A stretch of DNA of 32,000 nt. It comes from Synechocystis sp. PCC 6803 substr. PCC-P (GTDB lineage Bacteria; Cyanobacteriota; Cyanobacteriia; Cyanobacteriales; Microcystaceae). The notes beneath the pieces were generated by a model, which was given only the letters and a program-made list of their open reading frames with translations, made no database searches and was not told where the DNA came from. The translations under genes were made by a program, and so were the position numbers. The stretch spans positions 1,200,001 through 1,232,000 of the forward strand of contig NC_017039.1 in the NCBI RefSeq assembly GCF_000284455.1. The letters are read 5' to 3'. Positions 7,821-16,240 of this stretch are shown here, in pieces (position 1 is the stretch's first letter; each line of letters opens with the position of its first letter).

Positions 7821-10274
7821 TCAATAAAAATCGCTAGTGGGTACCTCGTCATCGGCGGGAGCAATGGGTAAATTGCTAAAACCCTCTAGCAAGCCGTACA
7901 CAGCCCAGATTGCCATGGCCCGCAGATAATGACTCGCCCGGAAAGTACCCACCGCAGTGATTGCCTCTGGAGTGCGGAACTGTAAACCATTGTTATACAC
8001 CTGATTAACCACCGTCTCTGTCATTTTTAAAGCTTCTTCTTTCATGCCCATTTGGATCAAAAAGGCCGCTAAACCGAAGTTAATCCCCGTCCAAACTTCC
8101 AAGGGATGGGTATCGTTGGGATTTTGGGGGGAACCGTCGGGTAAAAGACCATTGGCGGCTCCCAGTTCACCATGGGCAAATTTGAGGAAACAGGTGTCGT
8201 ACACCTTGGCTAAAGCCTTTTCAGCGTAATGGTGCTCCACCACATCCGGCAGATTCAATAACCGGGCATAAAATTGCCCACACAGTTGATCCGCCATCAC
8301 CACCTTGGAACCGCTTTGACTATCTAGGTTGTAGTATTCCCCATTCCAAAGGGTGTCTTGGTACAAACTACGGGCTTGGGCTAACCAAGTTTCATACCTG
8401 GCGATCGCCGTTTGGATTTCCATAGCATCTAGATCCGTTTGTTGGGGGGGGTTTTCCAGCAGATATTGCCCCATCACCAAAGCCGCCTCTAGGGCCGCAA
8501 TCCATAGCCCACCACAGTAGGCACTAATACCCTGCAAGCGCCAATCGTCAAAGGTTTGATCCGGTGCGCCGGAATTTTCGGGAATACCATCGTTATCAAG
8601 ATCAAATCCTTTCAGATAATCCAACGCCGCCACAATGCTGGGCCAACATTCCCCCAAAAATTCCCCATCCGCATCGGGTAAAAGTAAAAAGTCTCGATAG
8701 ACCAATAAAACAAAGTCACTGCCCAAATCCTTCCAGAGGTTACAGTCCTGGTAAGCAGTGTAATTACTCCTTTCCCAAGGATGCTCGTTGGGAGCCCCCA
8801 GATCGTGGGGAGTGGCATTTTTCACTTTGCGGGGAGCGAGGGAAAGGTTATAGCCAATTACCCGTTCCTTGGGATCTTCCGTGGGAATGGCTCGGGCAAA
8901 CGCCAACATCACCGCCTGCTCCAACTTAGGCCAATGCATCAATAGCCCAAAGGAGCCGTAAAGCCGCACATCTAAGCTTTCATACCAGCGGTAGTCCATG
9001 CATTCACAGACCCCAAACTGCCCGACTGGGTCGTTTTCCGTCGCCGCTGTCCACAGGGTTCCCCCCTGGGTTAACAGGTATAACTCATTAAAGAGGGACA
9101 TTTTGAGCCAATCCGGTAAACGGGGATTTTCCAGAATGGGAGCCTGCCAAGCTTCAATTTTTTTCCGCCAGGTATCGCTATGTTTCAACGCCGTGCGGAT
9201 CATGGACCAAACATTTTTGCCATTGCGGCCGTAGAAATCCGTATAGCGGCGGTAATAGGTCACCCCCTGGGCAAATTCCGTAATGGGCAAATCCCACGCC
9301 AGTAGGAAGGGAATTTTCTTCGTTTTTCCTGGTCGCACAGTGAAGCGTAAACAGATAGCTCCCGCAATTTGTTCCCCCGGTTCCGCCGCCGTTTCATCCT
9401 GGATATCCGGTAGGGAGCCATTGCCCGCAAACCAATCCCACACATCTGCCCCATCCCCACTGGGATTCCAACGGTTATGGTAAAACACTTCTACGCTGGG
9501 ATTACTAACGCTGGCGATGCACATTTGCCCTTCCCCTTCCCGGAGGGCTTCGTGGGGTTGTACCCGATTAAATAAACAACCAACCCGGAAACCATCCTGG
9601 ATCCATTGGTTAAAATTCCCTGTACTGTCGCCCCAGCGGGGTTGGTATTCATACTCTGGGCTACCATCGTCCCGCAATTTGACAGTGGGGGATTTGATGG
9701 CATTGGTGAACCAGCCAACGCTGTTCTGCCAGGTGAGCATAATGCTCAGGGTGATGGGTTTATCGGTGGGATTATGGACAGTCCAATCAAAAACCGCCAG
9801 GGGATAGCTACTTTCCTGGTAGTTGCCGCCCCACACTGGGGAAAACTGTTCACAAATTAATTCACTTTTAAAAACGTCTTTATATTCGTACCAACTGCGG
9901 GGATAGAGGGCGCTGTATTCTCCCTTTTCTTTGGGGTACCATTGCCAACGGTCCAAACTGCCATCTTCAGGGGCTTCCGTTGCCATGGCATAGGCTTTGG
10001 CTTCTTCCCCTGCCACCTGTTCGTAAACACTAAATTGACAAGCAGGCAAATTTTTAAAAATGTGGTTGCCCCCGTCCAAATGCCACAGGTTAAATTTCCC
10101 CGTTGGCGATCGCCCAATGCAACCGGCTCCAAACCCCCCTAGGGGCATACCATGGTCCGGGCCATCGTCAAGGTTACTGGCGTAGCGTACAGTGTAGGGC
10201 TTTTCCCAATCCTTACCAATGGATCGTTGCCAAGCGCAGGCAGGAATTTCAGGTTTCTGGACTAACAGGGACAT
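7821..10274 (-). CDS. GH116 / GBA2-type beta-glucosidase (non-lysosomal glucosylceramidase family homologue)
   Basis: 817 aa. The N-terminal GMPLGGFGAGCIGR motif, the (alpha/alpha)6-like C-terminal half and the overall length are characteristic of the GBA2/GH116 family. Confidence 0.85.
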   Translation of the reverse strand: MSLLVQKPEIPACAWQRSIGKDWEKPYTVRYASNLDDGPDHGMPLGGFGAGCIGRSPTGKFNLWHLDGGNHIFKNLPACQFSVYEQVAGEEAKAYAMATEAPEDGSLDRWQWYPKEKGEYSALYPRSWYEYKDVFKSELICEQFSPVWGGNYQESSYPLAVFDWTVHNPTDKPITLSIMLTWQNSVGWFTNAIKSPTVKLRDDGSPEYEYQPRWGDSTGNFNQWIQDGFRVGCLFNRVQPHEALREGEGQMCIASVSNPSVEVFYHNRWNPSGDGADVWDWFAGNGSLPDIQDETAAEPGEQIAGAICLRFTVRPGKTKKIPFLLAWDLPITEFAQGVTYYRRYTDFYGRNGKNVWSMIRTALKHSDTWRKKIEAWQAPILENPRLPDWLKMSLFNELYLLTQGGTLWTAATENDPVGQFGVCECMDYRWYESLDVRLYGSFGLLMHWPKLEQAVMLAFARAIPTEDPKERVIGYNLSLAPRKVKNATPHDLGAPNEHPWERSNYTAYQDCNLWKDLGSDFVLLVYRDFLLLPDADGEFLGECWPSIVAALDYLKGFDLDNDGIPENSGAPDQTFDDWRLQGISAYCGGLWIAALEAALVMGQYLLENPPQQTDLDAMEIQTAIARYETWLAQARSLYQDTLWNGEYYNLDSQSGSKVVMADQLCGQFYARLLNLPDVVEHHYAEKALAKVYDTCFLKFAHGELGAANGLLPDGSPQNPNDTHPLEVWTGINFGLAAFLIQMGMKEEALKMTETVVNQVYNNGLQFRTPEAITAVGTFRASHYLRAMAIWAVYGLLEGFSNLPIAPADDEVPTSDFY

Positions 10275-10472
10275 TGGCGGCAGGGGCTGTGGATTGGTTA
10301 GTTAACTGTCTGCATCATGGTAATCGAACCGGGAATATGGGGGAAGGGACAGCGATTAGGATAGACTCAGTTCTTGCCATGGATAGTCGTTCAATCCCTG
10401 TTTTTGTTAGCCCGAGTCAAATAAACCACAGACCTAAACCCTAAAATGGGCTTGTTATCGAGAAATTAAGCT

Positions 10473-10697
10473 GTGAGCGTTATTGTCCCTGAAGATATTT
10501 TGACGGCAACCCCCATGACTGAAGCTGAAATGCGCCAGGAAATTGCCATTATGCTTTTTCAGAGAGAAAAATTGACCCTGGCCGAAGCCAGTCGCTTTGC
10601 GGAGATGCATAGAGTTCCATTCCACCATCAACTTTCTAGGTTCCCCATTGAAAAGGCGATCGCCAAAAGATCAGTCAAGTCATATTCCGGCGAATGA
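10473..10697 (+). CDS. UPF0175-family antitoxin-like small protein (orphan)
   Basis: 74 aa with a GTG start. The pattern TEAEMRQEIAIMLFQREKLTLAEASRFAEMHRVPFHHQLSRFPI follows the UPF0175 pattern (helix, L-S/T-L-x-x-A-x-x-x-A-x-M-x-R-x-x-F-x-x-x-L). No DUF3368/PIN partner lies downstream. Confidence 0.55.
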   Translation: MSVIVPEDILTATPMTEAEMRQEIAIMLFQREKLTLAEASRFAEMHRVPFHHQLSRFPIEKAIAKRSVKSYSGE

Positions 10698-10709
10698 CCA
10701 TTTCAGCCC

Positions 10710-11492
10710 TTAATTATTTTGGTTAGCAACGAATTTATTAACCAGTTCAACATCAATATCTAACTCCTTGGCAATTTCGGCAATTGTAAGACCTAATTTC
10801 TTCAACAGGGGTATGGTTTCTAGTTTCGCCTCCAGCCTACCTTCTAGTTTGCCGGCAATTTTACCCTCCTCTAAAATTTCTTGATAGACAGCGGATTCTT
10901 TCATAATTTCACTCCTTAAAATTGTCTTGATCAGCTCAGGGGCCAACAGAATCCCTCCAAAAACAGAGGTTGCTGCCATGAGATTTGCCTTAACCCGATT
11001 ATCCTCAATCTGTTCCAATGCAGTCGCCACTTCCCTCAATTTTAATGTAGGGTCAGAGGTCTGCGTCAATACCGCTAGGGGTAATAACCCTGGACTTTGG
11101 AGAAATGTCTCCGATGGTTGCTCCCAAAGCCGAATCGCTTGATAACGGTGTAAAGTCTCCCCCACCTGAAAACTATCCTGATAAACTAAATCATTGTTAC
11201 TACGTTTCAGGTAGATGACAAATTGGTGCATAGTCTTCTGGGGGAAACGACGATAAACCCTTACCCGATAGTCCAACATCCGAAAGCCCATGGTGGGGTC
11301 AGGCTCCGTTTGGAATTCCAGATGCAACACCAAGTCTTCCGATTGCTCCAAAATCAGGGAGTCAGCCCGAATTGGCTCCAGGGAAAGTTCCGTCGGACTC
11401 AGCTTAGTCAATTTAATGGGTCGTCCCAGTAACCAGGCGGCATAGTCTTCGGAAAAGGATTCGGCCAGAAATTTGCACAGATTGTCAAACAT
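10710..11492 (-). CDS. Rpn-family recombination-promoting nuclease / putative transposase-like protein (PD-(D/E)XK core plus DUF4351-like C-terminus)
   Basis: 260 aa. The N-terminus MFDNLCKFLAE...IRADSLILEQSEDLVLHLEFQTEPD carries the D...E-x-Q nuclease motif. The C-terminus ESAVYQEILEEGKIAGKLEG...LGLTIAEIAKELDIDVELV is typical of the multi-copy cyanobacterial Rpn/DUF4351 family. Confidence 0.8.
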   Translation of the reverse strand: MFDNLCKFLAESFSEDYAAWLLGRPIKLTKLSPTELSLEPIRADSLILEQSEDLVLHLEFQTEPDPTMGFRMLDYRVRVYRRFPQKTMHQFVIYLKRSNNDLVYQDSFQVGETLHRYQAIRLWEQPSETFLQSPGLLPLAVLTQTSDPTLKLREVATALEQIEDNRVKANLMAATSVFGGILLAPELIKTILRSEIMKESAVYQEILEEGKIAGKLEGRLEAKLETIPLLKKLGLTIAEIAKELDIDVELVNKFVANQNN

Positions 11493-11671
11493 ACCCGAAT
11501 TTTACGATCGCCAATGGTTGGAACGAATTAAACTAGCAAGTAAACAAAGTTCTTATTTTCCCCATCTTGACCAAGTCAGATAGAGGAGTTAGTTATTTAA
11601 GTCCAATTTGGATAATTGTTACTAAATTTAATGTTTAACCACCAATAATTATAGTACAAAAATGACTTGAG

Positions 11672-12430
11672 ATGATAACTATGAATTTTAAACTGGAACA
11701 AGCGTTGGCTATGGTATTTATCATCGCCCCGCCCCTGGCGAGCACCAACCATCTATTAGCTAGTTCACCCAGTTATTATCCCCCAGCACAAACCCTGGTA
11801 GCCCAAGGTAATCAAGCAGAAATGGCCTATGCACAAATGGATCAATCCATGACCAATGCCATGGGGGAAATTGTGCCCTTTTTGACACTGCTTAGTGAGA
11901 TGGAAAACGTCCAAACTGATGAGCAATTACTGGCGTTGGCCCAACAGCTATATCCCATGGCTAATCGTATTACTAATAACTTTAGCCAAGCTTATCAAGC
12001 GGGGGAAGTGCTGTTACCAATGTTGCCAGCCGGTTCCATGGAGACTCAATATTTGAGCACAGTGGTTGCCATTAACGGTTTAGGGTCTCTGGCTTTTTCC
12101 CCTTGGCAAGAAATTCTTGGCCAGATTCAACAGGCCTATCAGGCAGAAAATACCGCCATCCTACAAGCGGCGATCGCCAAAGTACCACCAGCCATTAACA
12201 AATTAGCTGAGTTTGGGGGACAGCTCCAGTCCGTATTTCAGCAGGGGCAACAAATCCAAGCATCCCAAGCTTCAGCTTCTTCTAACATGTCTCCAGAGTA
12301 TTATCAGCGGATGTCTGACATCTACCGCATGGGTCATGAAACTAGCATGGGAATTTTGAACAATATACGCTCTGATGGTGAATGGCATTACAACTATAGT
12401 ACCGGCAGAGATGAATACCAGTATTACTAA
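11672..12430 (+). CDS. Hypothetical Q/A-rich helical protein, possibly secreted
   Basis: 252-aa ORF. It has a hydrophobic N-terminus (LAMVFIIAPPLAST) and a Tyr-rich C-terminal tail (EWHYNYSTGRDEYQYY). I recognise no domain. Confidence 0.55.
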   Translation: MITMNFKLEQALAMVFIIAPPLASTNHLLASSPSYYPPAQTLVAQGNQAEMAYAQMDQSMTNAMGEIVPFLTLLSEMENVQTDEQLLALAQQLYPMANRITNNFSQAYQAGEVLLPMLPAGSMETQYLSTVVAINGLGSLAFSPWQEILGQIQQAYQAENTAILQAAIAKVPPAINKLAEFGGQLQSVFQQGQQIQASQASASSNMSPEYYQRMSDIYRMGHETSMGILNNIRSDGEWHYNYSTGRDEYQYY

Positions 12431-12840
12431 AGGTGGATAAACCAGTCCCCAGCAGTAAATTTTTGCCGAGCATCAAGTTTTGATAGCGCTCAGGAAATAC
12501 CTTGGCCATAGAACTCGTTGGACGTCCTTCCACTAGATGAGGTCATTCCATAGAAAGTGCTTGAAGAGTTTTAGGCAAGCCTTTGAAGGATGAGATGGCG
12601 TTGCCAACATCCCACGGGGTTAGCTAGCAGAGCGTCAGAGAAAACTCACTACTTCAACACCAAAGGAAAAACCCTCAACCTTGCTTGCGGGGAATTTGGG
12701 GAATTTAATGATGGTTGCCCCTTGTGTGCCGCTTGGAGTTTATCTGTCATGGCGATCGCCAAAAGTTTTTGCCAGTTACTGGTGGGAGGCAAAGTTAAAG
12801 CCCGTCTTTCTGTGAAGTCTATATTTGATGGCACCGTGGA

Positions 12841-12999
12841 TTACCACCGTGCATTGGGGATGTTGTAGGCGATCGCCGAATCATCGACGCATTCCGCCAG
12901 AAATACTGCCCCAAAACCACCAGTACCCAGTAAAGACTGCAGGACATACCGCCCGCCTAGGCACTTTTGCTCTAAACTTCTCCAGGACGACAAAAACAT
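12841..12999 (-). pseudogene. N-terminal remnant of a Hanks-type Ser/Thr protein kinase (subdomain I only)
   Basis: My translation gives a 52-aa ORF, too short for the track: MFLSSWRSLEQKCLGGRYVLQSLLGTGGFGAVFLAECVDDSAIAYNIPNARW*. LGGRYVLQSLLGTGGFGAVFLAE fits the kinase glycine loop (L-x-G-R-Y-x-L-x-x-x-L-G-x-G-G-F-G-x-V-[YF]-x-A). No VAIK, HRD or DFG motif follows in frame. Confidence 0.45.
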
Positions 13000-13259
13000 A
13001 GGCTTTCAGTGTAAACAGGCAAAGGTACTATGTAAAACTATGCCCTCCTGAAGACCATCATAGGTTCGCCCACCAAAAGCGAATATAAAGATTAGTAAAG
13101 AAAATTACTTTGCCAACCCCAACATCCGGCGATAATGCAAGCTTCAGCGAAAAGCAAGAGATTCTAGAAGAGATTAGAGCAATTTCAAGATAATTCCATT
13201 AATTGCTTGACTATTATTAGAGTTAGAATTCTTAGTTAATCGTCCCTTTTTGGAGAAGT

Positions 13260-14009
13260 ATGCCGCAATCGGAATCAAACATTGCCCTGCTAATTGATGC
13301 GGATAATGCCCCAGCGTCCAAAATTGAGGCGATCGTATCGGAAATTGCCAAATATGGAGTAGCCAATATTCGTAAAGCCTATGGCAATTGGAAAAGCCCT
13401 AACCTAAAAGCCTGGGAAGAATGTTTACATGAGTATGCCATTCGTCCCGTGCAACAGTTTGATTACACCAAGGGTAAAAATGCCACCGATGCCGCCATGA
13501 TTATTGATGCCATGGATTTGCTCTACACCCAACGGTTGGACGCCTTTGCCATTGTGTCAAGTGATTGTGACTTTACCCCTTTAGTAATGCGGATTTTGAC
13601 CAATGGACTAAAAGTTTATGGCTTTGGGGAGAAAAAAACTCCCTTGCCTTTTGTCTATGCTTGTTCGACATTTTTATACTTGGAAAGTATTGATCAAATT
13701 GAAAACTCTGAAGGGGCGACCCAAAGTTCCACTAGTGTTAAGAAAACTGGGAAGGAATTGAAACAAGACGCAAAATTAATTAGTTTACTTAGGAGTGCCA
13801 TTTCCAGCACCATTGACGACGATGGCTGGTCAAGCTTAGCTGAAATTGGCGGCCACATCAAAAACCAAGCATCCTTTGATTCCCGCAACTACGGCTATGC
13901 CAAGCTAAGTAGTTTATTTGAGGCGATTGATTTGTTTGAAATTGAGCGTAAAAACAGGGCAATTTACGTTAGGAATAGACAAAAAAAGTCCGCCACATCT
14001 AAGTCCTAG
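13260..14009 (+). CDS. NYN (LabA/DUF88-type) ribonuclease-like domain protein with a C-terminal OST-HTH/LOTUS domain
   Basis: 249 aa. IALLIDADNA...NIRKAYGNW...NATDAAMIIDAMDL...FAIVSSDCDFTPLV matches the NYN acidic-residue pattern. The C-terminal GWSSLAEIGGHIKNQASFDSRNYGYAKLSSLFEAIDLFEIE is LOTUS-like. GGAG sits 6 nt upstream of the ATG. Confidence 0.85.
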   Translation: MPQSESNIALLIDADNAPASKIEAIVSEIAKYGVANIRKAYGNWKSPNLKAWEECLHEYAIRPVQQFDYTKGKNATDAAMIIDAMDLLYTQRLDAFAIVSSDCDFTPLVMRILTNGLKVYGFGEKKTPLPFVYACSTFLYLESIDQIENSEGATQSSTSVKKTGKELKQDAKLISLLRSAISSTIDDDGWSSLAEIGGHIKNQASFDSRNYGYAKLSSLFEAIDLFEIERKNRAIYVRNRQKKSATSKS

Positions 14010-14141
14010 TTCTGGGCTGCACTATAGCTGAAAGATTTCAATACTCTACTAGAACGAAACTAGCTGCAGTTCTCAATCTAGGCCTATAAAAATTGGCCAG
14101 TATAGCCGGTATTCGGATAGCCACAATTACTTAATAGGGTA

Positions 14142-14181
14142 CATCTTCTACTGGCAAAGTTAATTACAATAGCAGAAGATG
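14142..14181. terminator. Imperfect inverted repeat between convergent genes (candidate bidirectional terminator)
   Basis: CATCTTCTAC (14142-14151) pairs with GCAGAAGATG (14172-14181) with one mismatch. Flanking GGT/ACC extends the stem and the loop is 20 nt. There is no clear U-tract. Confidence 0.25.
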
Positions 14182-14238
14182 CACCAACGAATTTAGTGGC
14201 TATGGCTTTTTATCTGTTTATCTGTCATTGATAAATTG

Positions 14239-14475
14239 CTAAAGTTTGGCGTGGGCACCATCACAGAAGGGGGGATTATCGGTGTGCTTACAAAGACACA
14301 GGGCTACCTTTTGTGATTTCTCTAGGGTGAACTTTTGTGGGGTAAACCCCGTACCTTTATGTTTGCCATCACAGAAAGGTTGGTTGGTGGAATTGCCGCA
14401 GGCACACCAATAATAGTCTCCGGCTTCAAGCTCCATAACCATGGGTTTTGTATCGGCAATGGTTGGTTCAGTCAT
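14239..14475 (-). CDS. pirB: CDGSH-type iron-sulfur domain protein (two CDGSH motifs)
   Basis: 78 aa. CACGNSTNQPFCDGKH and CLCKHTDNPPFCDGAH are two C-x-C-x2-S/T-x3-P-x-C-D-G-x-H motifs. It lies 49 nt downstream of the pirin gene on the same strand. The symbol follows the Synechocystis pirAB naming as I recall it. Confidence 0.9.
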   Translation of the reverse strand: MTEPTIADTKPMVMELEAGDYYWCACGNSTNQPFCDGKHKGTGFTPQKFTLEKSQKVALCLCKHTDNPPFCDGAHAKL

Positions 14476-14524
14476 TATTTTCTCCTCTCAGGATATTGGT
14501 AAAAATTGGGTAAAATCGACAACA

Positions 14525-15223
14525 CTAAGGTAGGTCAAATAGTAGAAATTCCGTTGCTTCCCCCTGGCCGGTACAGGTGATGGCTTGCTCTTCGTTAATG
14601 CCTGCTCCGTCTCCGGTTTTCAGGGTTTTTCCATTCAATGTCAGATTGCCTCGGATAATCTGTAGCCAGGCTCTACGGTTAGATAGGCTGTAGCTGACTG
14701 TTTCCCCTTGCCCCAGAACGGAAGCATAAATGCAAGCATCTTGGTGGATAGTAACGGAACCATTCCGACCATCGGGGGATGCCACTAGCCTTAATTGTCC
14801 CTGTTTGTCTTCCGGGGAGAAAAACTTTTGCTCATAACTGGGTTCTACCCCAAATTGATTGGGAGTGATCCAAATTTGCAACAGATGAACGGGTTGATCG
14901 GGGGAGGGATTAAATTCGCTGTGGAGGATGCCGGTGCCCGCACTCATGCGTTGCACATCCCCAGGACGAATAATTGAACCATTGCCGATACTATCTTTGT
15001 GTTCCAGTTCTCCCTCCAGGACGTAGGTGACAATTTCCATATCTTTGTGACCATGGGTGGCAAAACCCTGACCAGGGGCAATGTAGTCTTCATTAATGAC
15101 CCGCAGATTGGAGAAATTCATGTGGGCGGGGTCATAGTAATGGGAAAAGGAAAAGCTGAAATAACTATCTAGCCAGTCGAGTTTGCCATGACCCCGGGCT
15201 TCGGAGGGGCGGAGTGTGATCAT
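14525..15223 (-). CDS. pirA: Pirin family (bicupin) protein
   Basis: 232 aa. [29 protein letters not shown] and [16 protein letters not shown] form the pirin N-terminal cupin metal-site pattern. Confidence 0.9.
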
Positions 15224-15279
15224 GATGACCTCCGTTATTTTTGTCGGTTGAGGTTTGTGACCTTGGTTCCCATTCTAGT

Positions 15280-15343
15280 TTGCATCCCCAATAAAGACAA
15301 TATAGTATTTTAAGCACAGATTGCATCCAAAATAGGGACAATA
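15280..15343. promoter_or_regulatory. Divergent pirA/pirR control region with two 23-nt direct-repeat boxes flanking back-to-back -10-like hexamers
   Basis: Box A (15280-15302) is TTGCATCCCCAATAAAGACAATA. Box B (15321-15343) is TTGCATCCAAAATAGGGACAATA. They are 19/23 identical with a 41-bp start-to-start spacing. Between them TATAGT (+, 15301-15306) and TAAAAT (-, complement of 15307-15312) resemble -10 elements. Confidence 0.4.
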
Positions 15344-15352
15344 GGAATATCA

Positions 15353-16240
15353 ATGGACAAACTTGAAAGTATTTACGCCTTTACCCAAGTTGTGCGGGAG
15401 GGCAGTTTTGCGGCGGCGGCGCGGAAAATGAATCTGGGGCGATCAACGGTGAATAAGATGGTGATTGCCCTAGAAAATGAGCTTAAAGTACAGCTTCTCC
15501 ACCGCAGTACCCGTAAAGTGACCCCCACCCCCACAGGGATAGCCTTTTATGAAAAATCGGTGCAAATTTTGGCAGATTTAGAGGAAGCAGAATTGTCAGT
15601 GTCCCAACTCCATGGGGAACCGAAGGGTCTGTTGCGAGTTAATGCACCCATGACCTTTGGCACCATGTACATTGCGCCGCTGGTGGCGAAGTTTATGGCT
15701 TTACATTCCCAAGTGGAAGTGCAGTTAACTCTGGAGGATCGATTTGTGGACGCGATCGCCGAGGGTTACGATTTATTGATTCGCATTGCCCAACCGCTGG
15801 AATCGGCTAGTTTGATCTGTCAACCTTTATTTCAGACTAAGTTACTACTCTGTGCGTCACCGGAATATTTAGCTGTACGGGGAATGCCCCAAGCTCTCGA
15901 GGATTTACAGCGCCACAATTGCTTACTTTATGGTTATTCCAGTGGGGGGAGTCAGTGGCAATTTCTCGGTCAAGCAGGGGAAAAAGTTATATCTGTTAGT
16001 GGCAATTTTTGCTCCAATAATGGGGAAGCTTTGGCGATCGCCGTGGCCCAGGGTTTGGGGATTGCGTTATTGCCCCAATTTATTGTCCAACCCTATTTAG
16101 AGGCAGGAAAAATGCAAATCATCTTGCCGGACTATTGCCTACGGGAATTAACTGTTTCCCTGATTTATCCGGTTAACCGCCACCTGGCCACTAAAGTTAA
16201 ACTCTTTACGGAGTTTCTCCAAGACCATTACCGCAAATAA
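15353..16240 (+). CDS. pirR: LysR-family transcriptional regulator
   Basis: 295 aa. It has an N-terminal wHTH (FAAAARKMNLGRSTVNKMVIALENELKVQLLHRSTRKVTPT) and a LysR substrate-binding fold. It is divergent from the pirin operon. Confidence 0.9.
   Translation: MDKLESIYAFTQVVREGSFAAAARKMNLGRSTVNKMVIALENELKVQLLHRSTRKVTPTPTGIAFYEKSVQILADLEEAELSVSQLHGEPKGLLRVNAPMTFGTMYIAPLVAKFMALHSQVEVQLTLEDRFVDAIAEGYDLLIRIAQPLESASLICQPLFQTKLLLCASPEYLAVRGMPQALEDLQRHNCLLYGYSSGGSQWQFLGQAGEKVISVSGNFCSNNGEALAIAVAQGLGIALLPQFIVQPYLEAGKMQIILPDYCLRELTVSLIYPVNRHLATKVKLFTEFLQDHYRK

Noticed and set aside
8044-10444. About a dozen 60-120-aa ORFs on both strands within or overlapping the GH116 gene
   Set aside because: All are nested in a continuous 817-aa family-recognisable ORF. 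Their compositions are Pro/Arg/Trp-rich, as is typical of off-frame translation.
12832-12851. 13-bp duplication (CACCGTGGATTAC-CACCGTG) as the frameshift that truncated the kinase
   Set aside because: Removing one 13-bp copy in silico still runs into a stop within a few codons. It also does not bring the downstream AIK-containing frame into register. The repeat is real but is not a sufficient explanation.
12342-12868. ORFs 12342-12533 (-), 12590-12868 (+) and 12649-12834 (-)
   Set aside because: They have no recognisable motifs, mutually overlap and have poor start contexts. They sit in what looks like decayed DNA. 12649-12834 is in frame with the kinase fragment but separated from it by a stop and shows no kinase motifs.
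13063-13075. GGTTCGCCCACCA, reminiscent of a tRNA T-loop plus CCA end
   Set aside because: No T-stem complement, acceptor stem or anticodon arm can be drawn from the upstream 70 nt, so this is not a tRNA or a convincing tRNA fragment.
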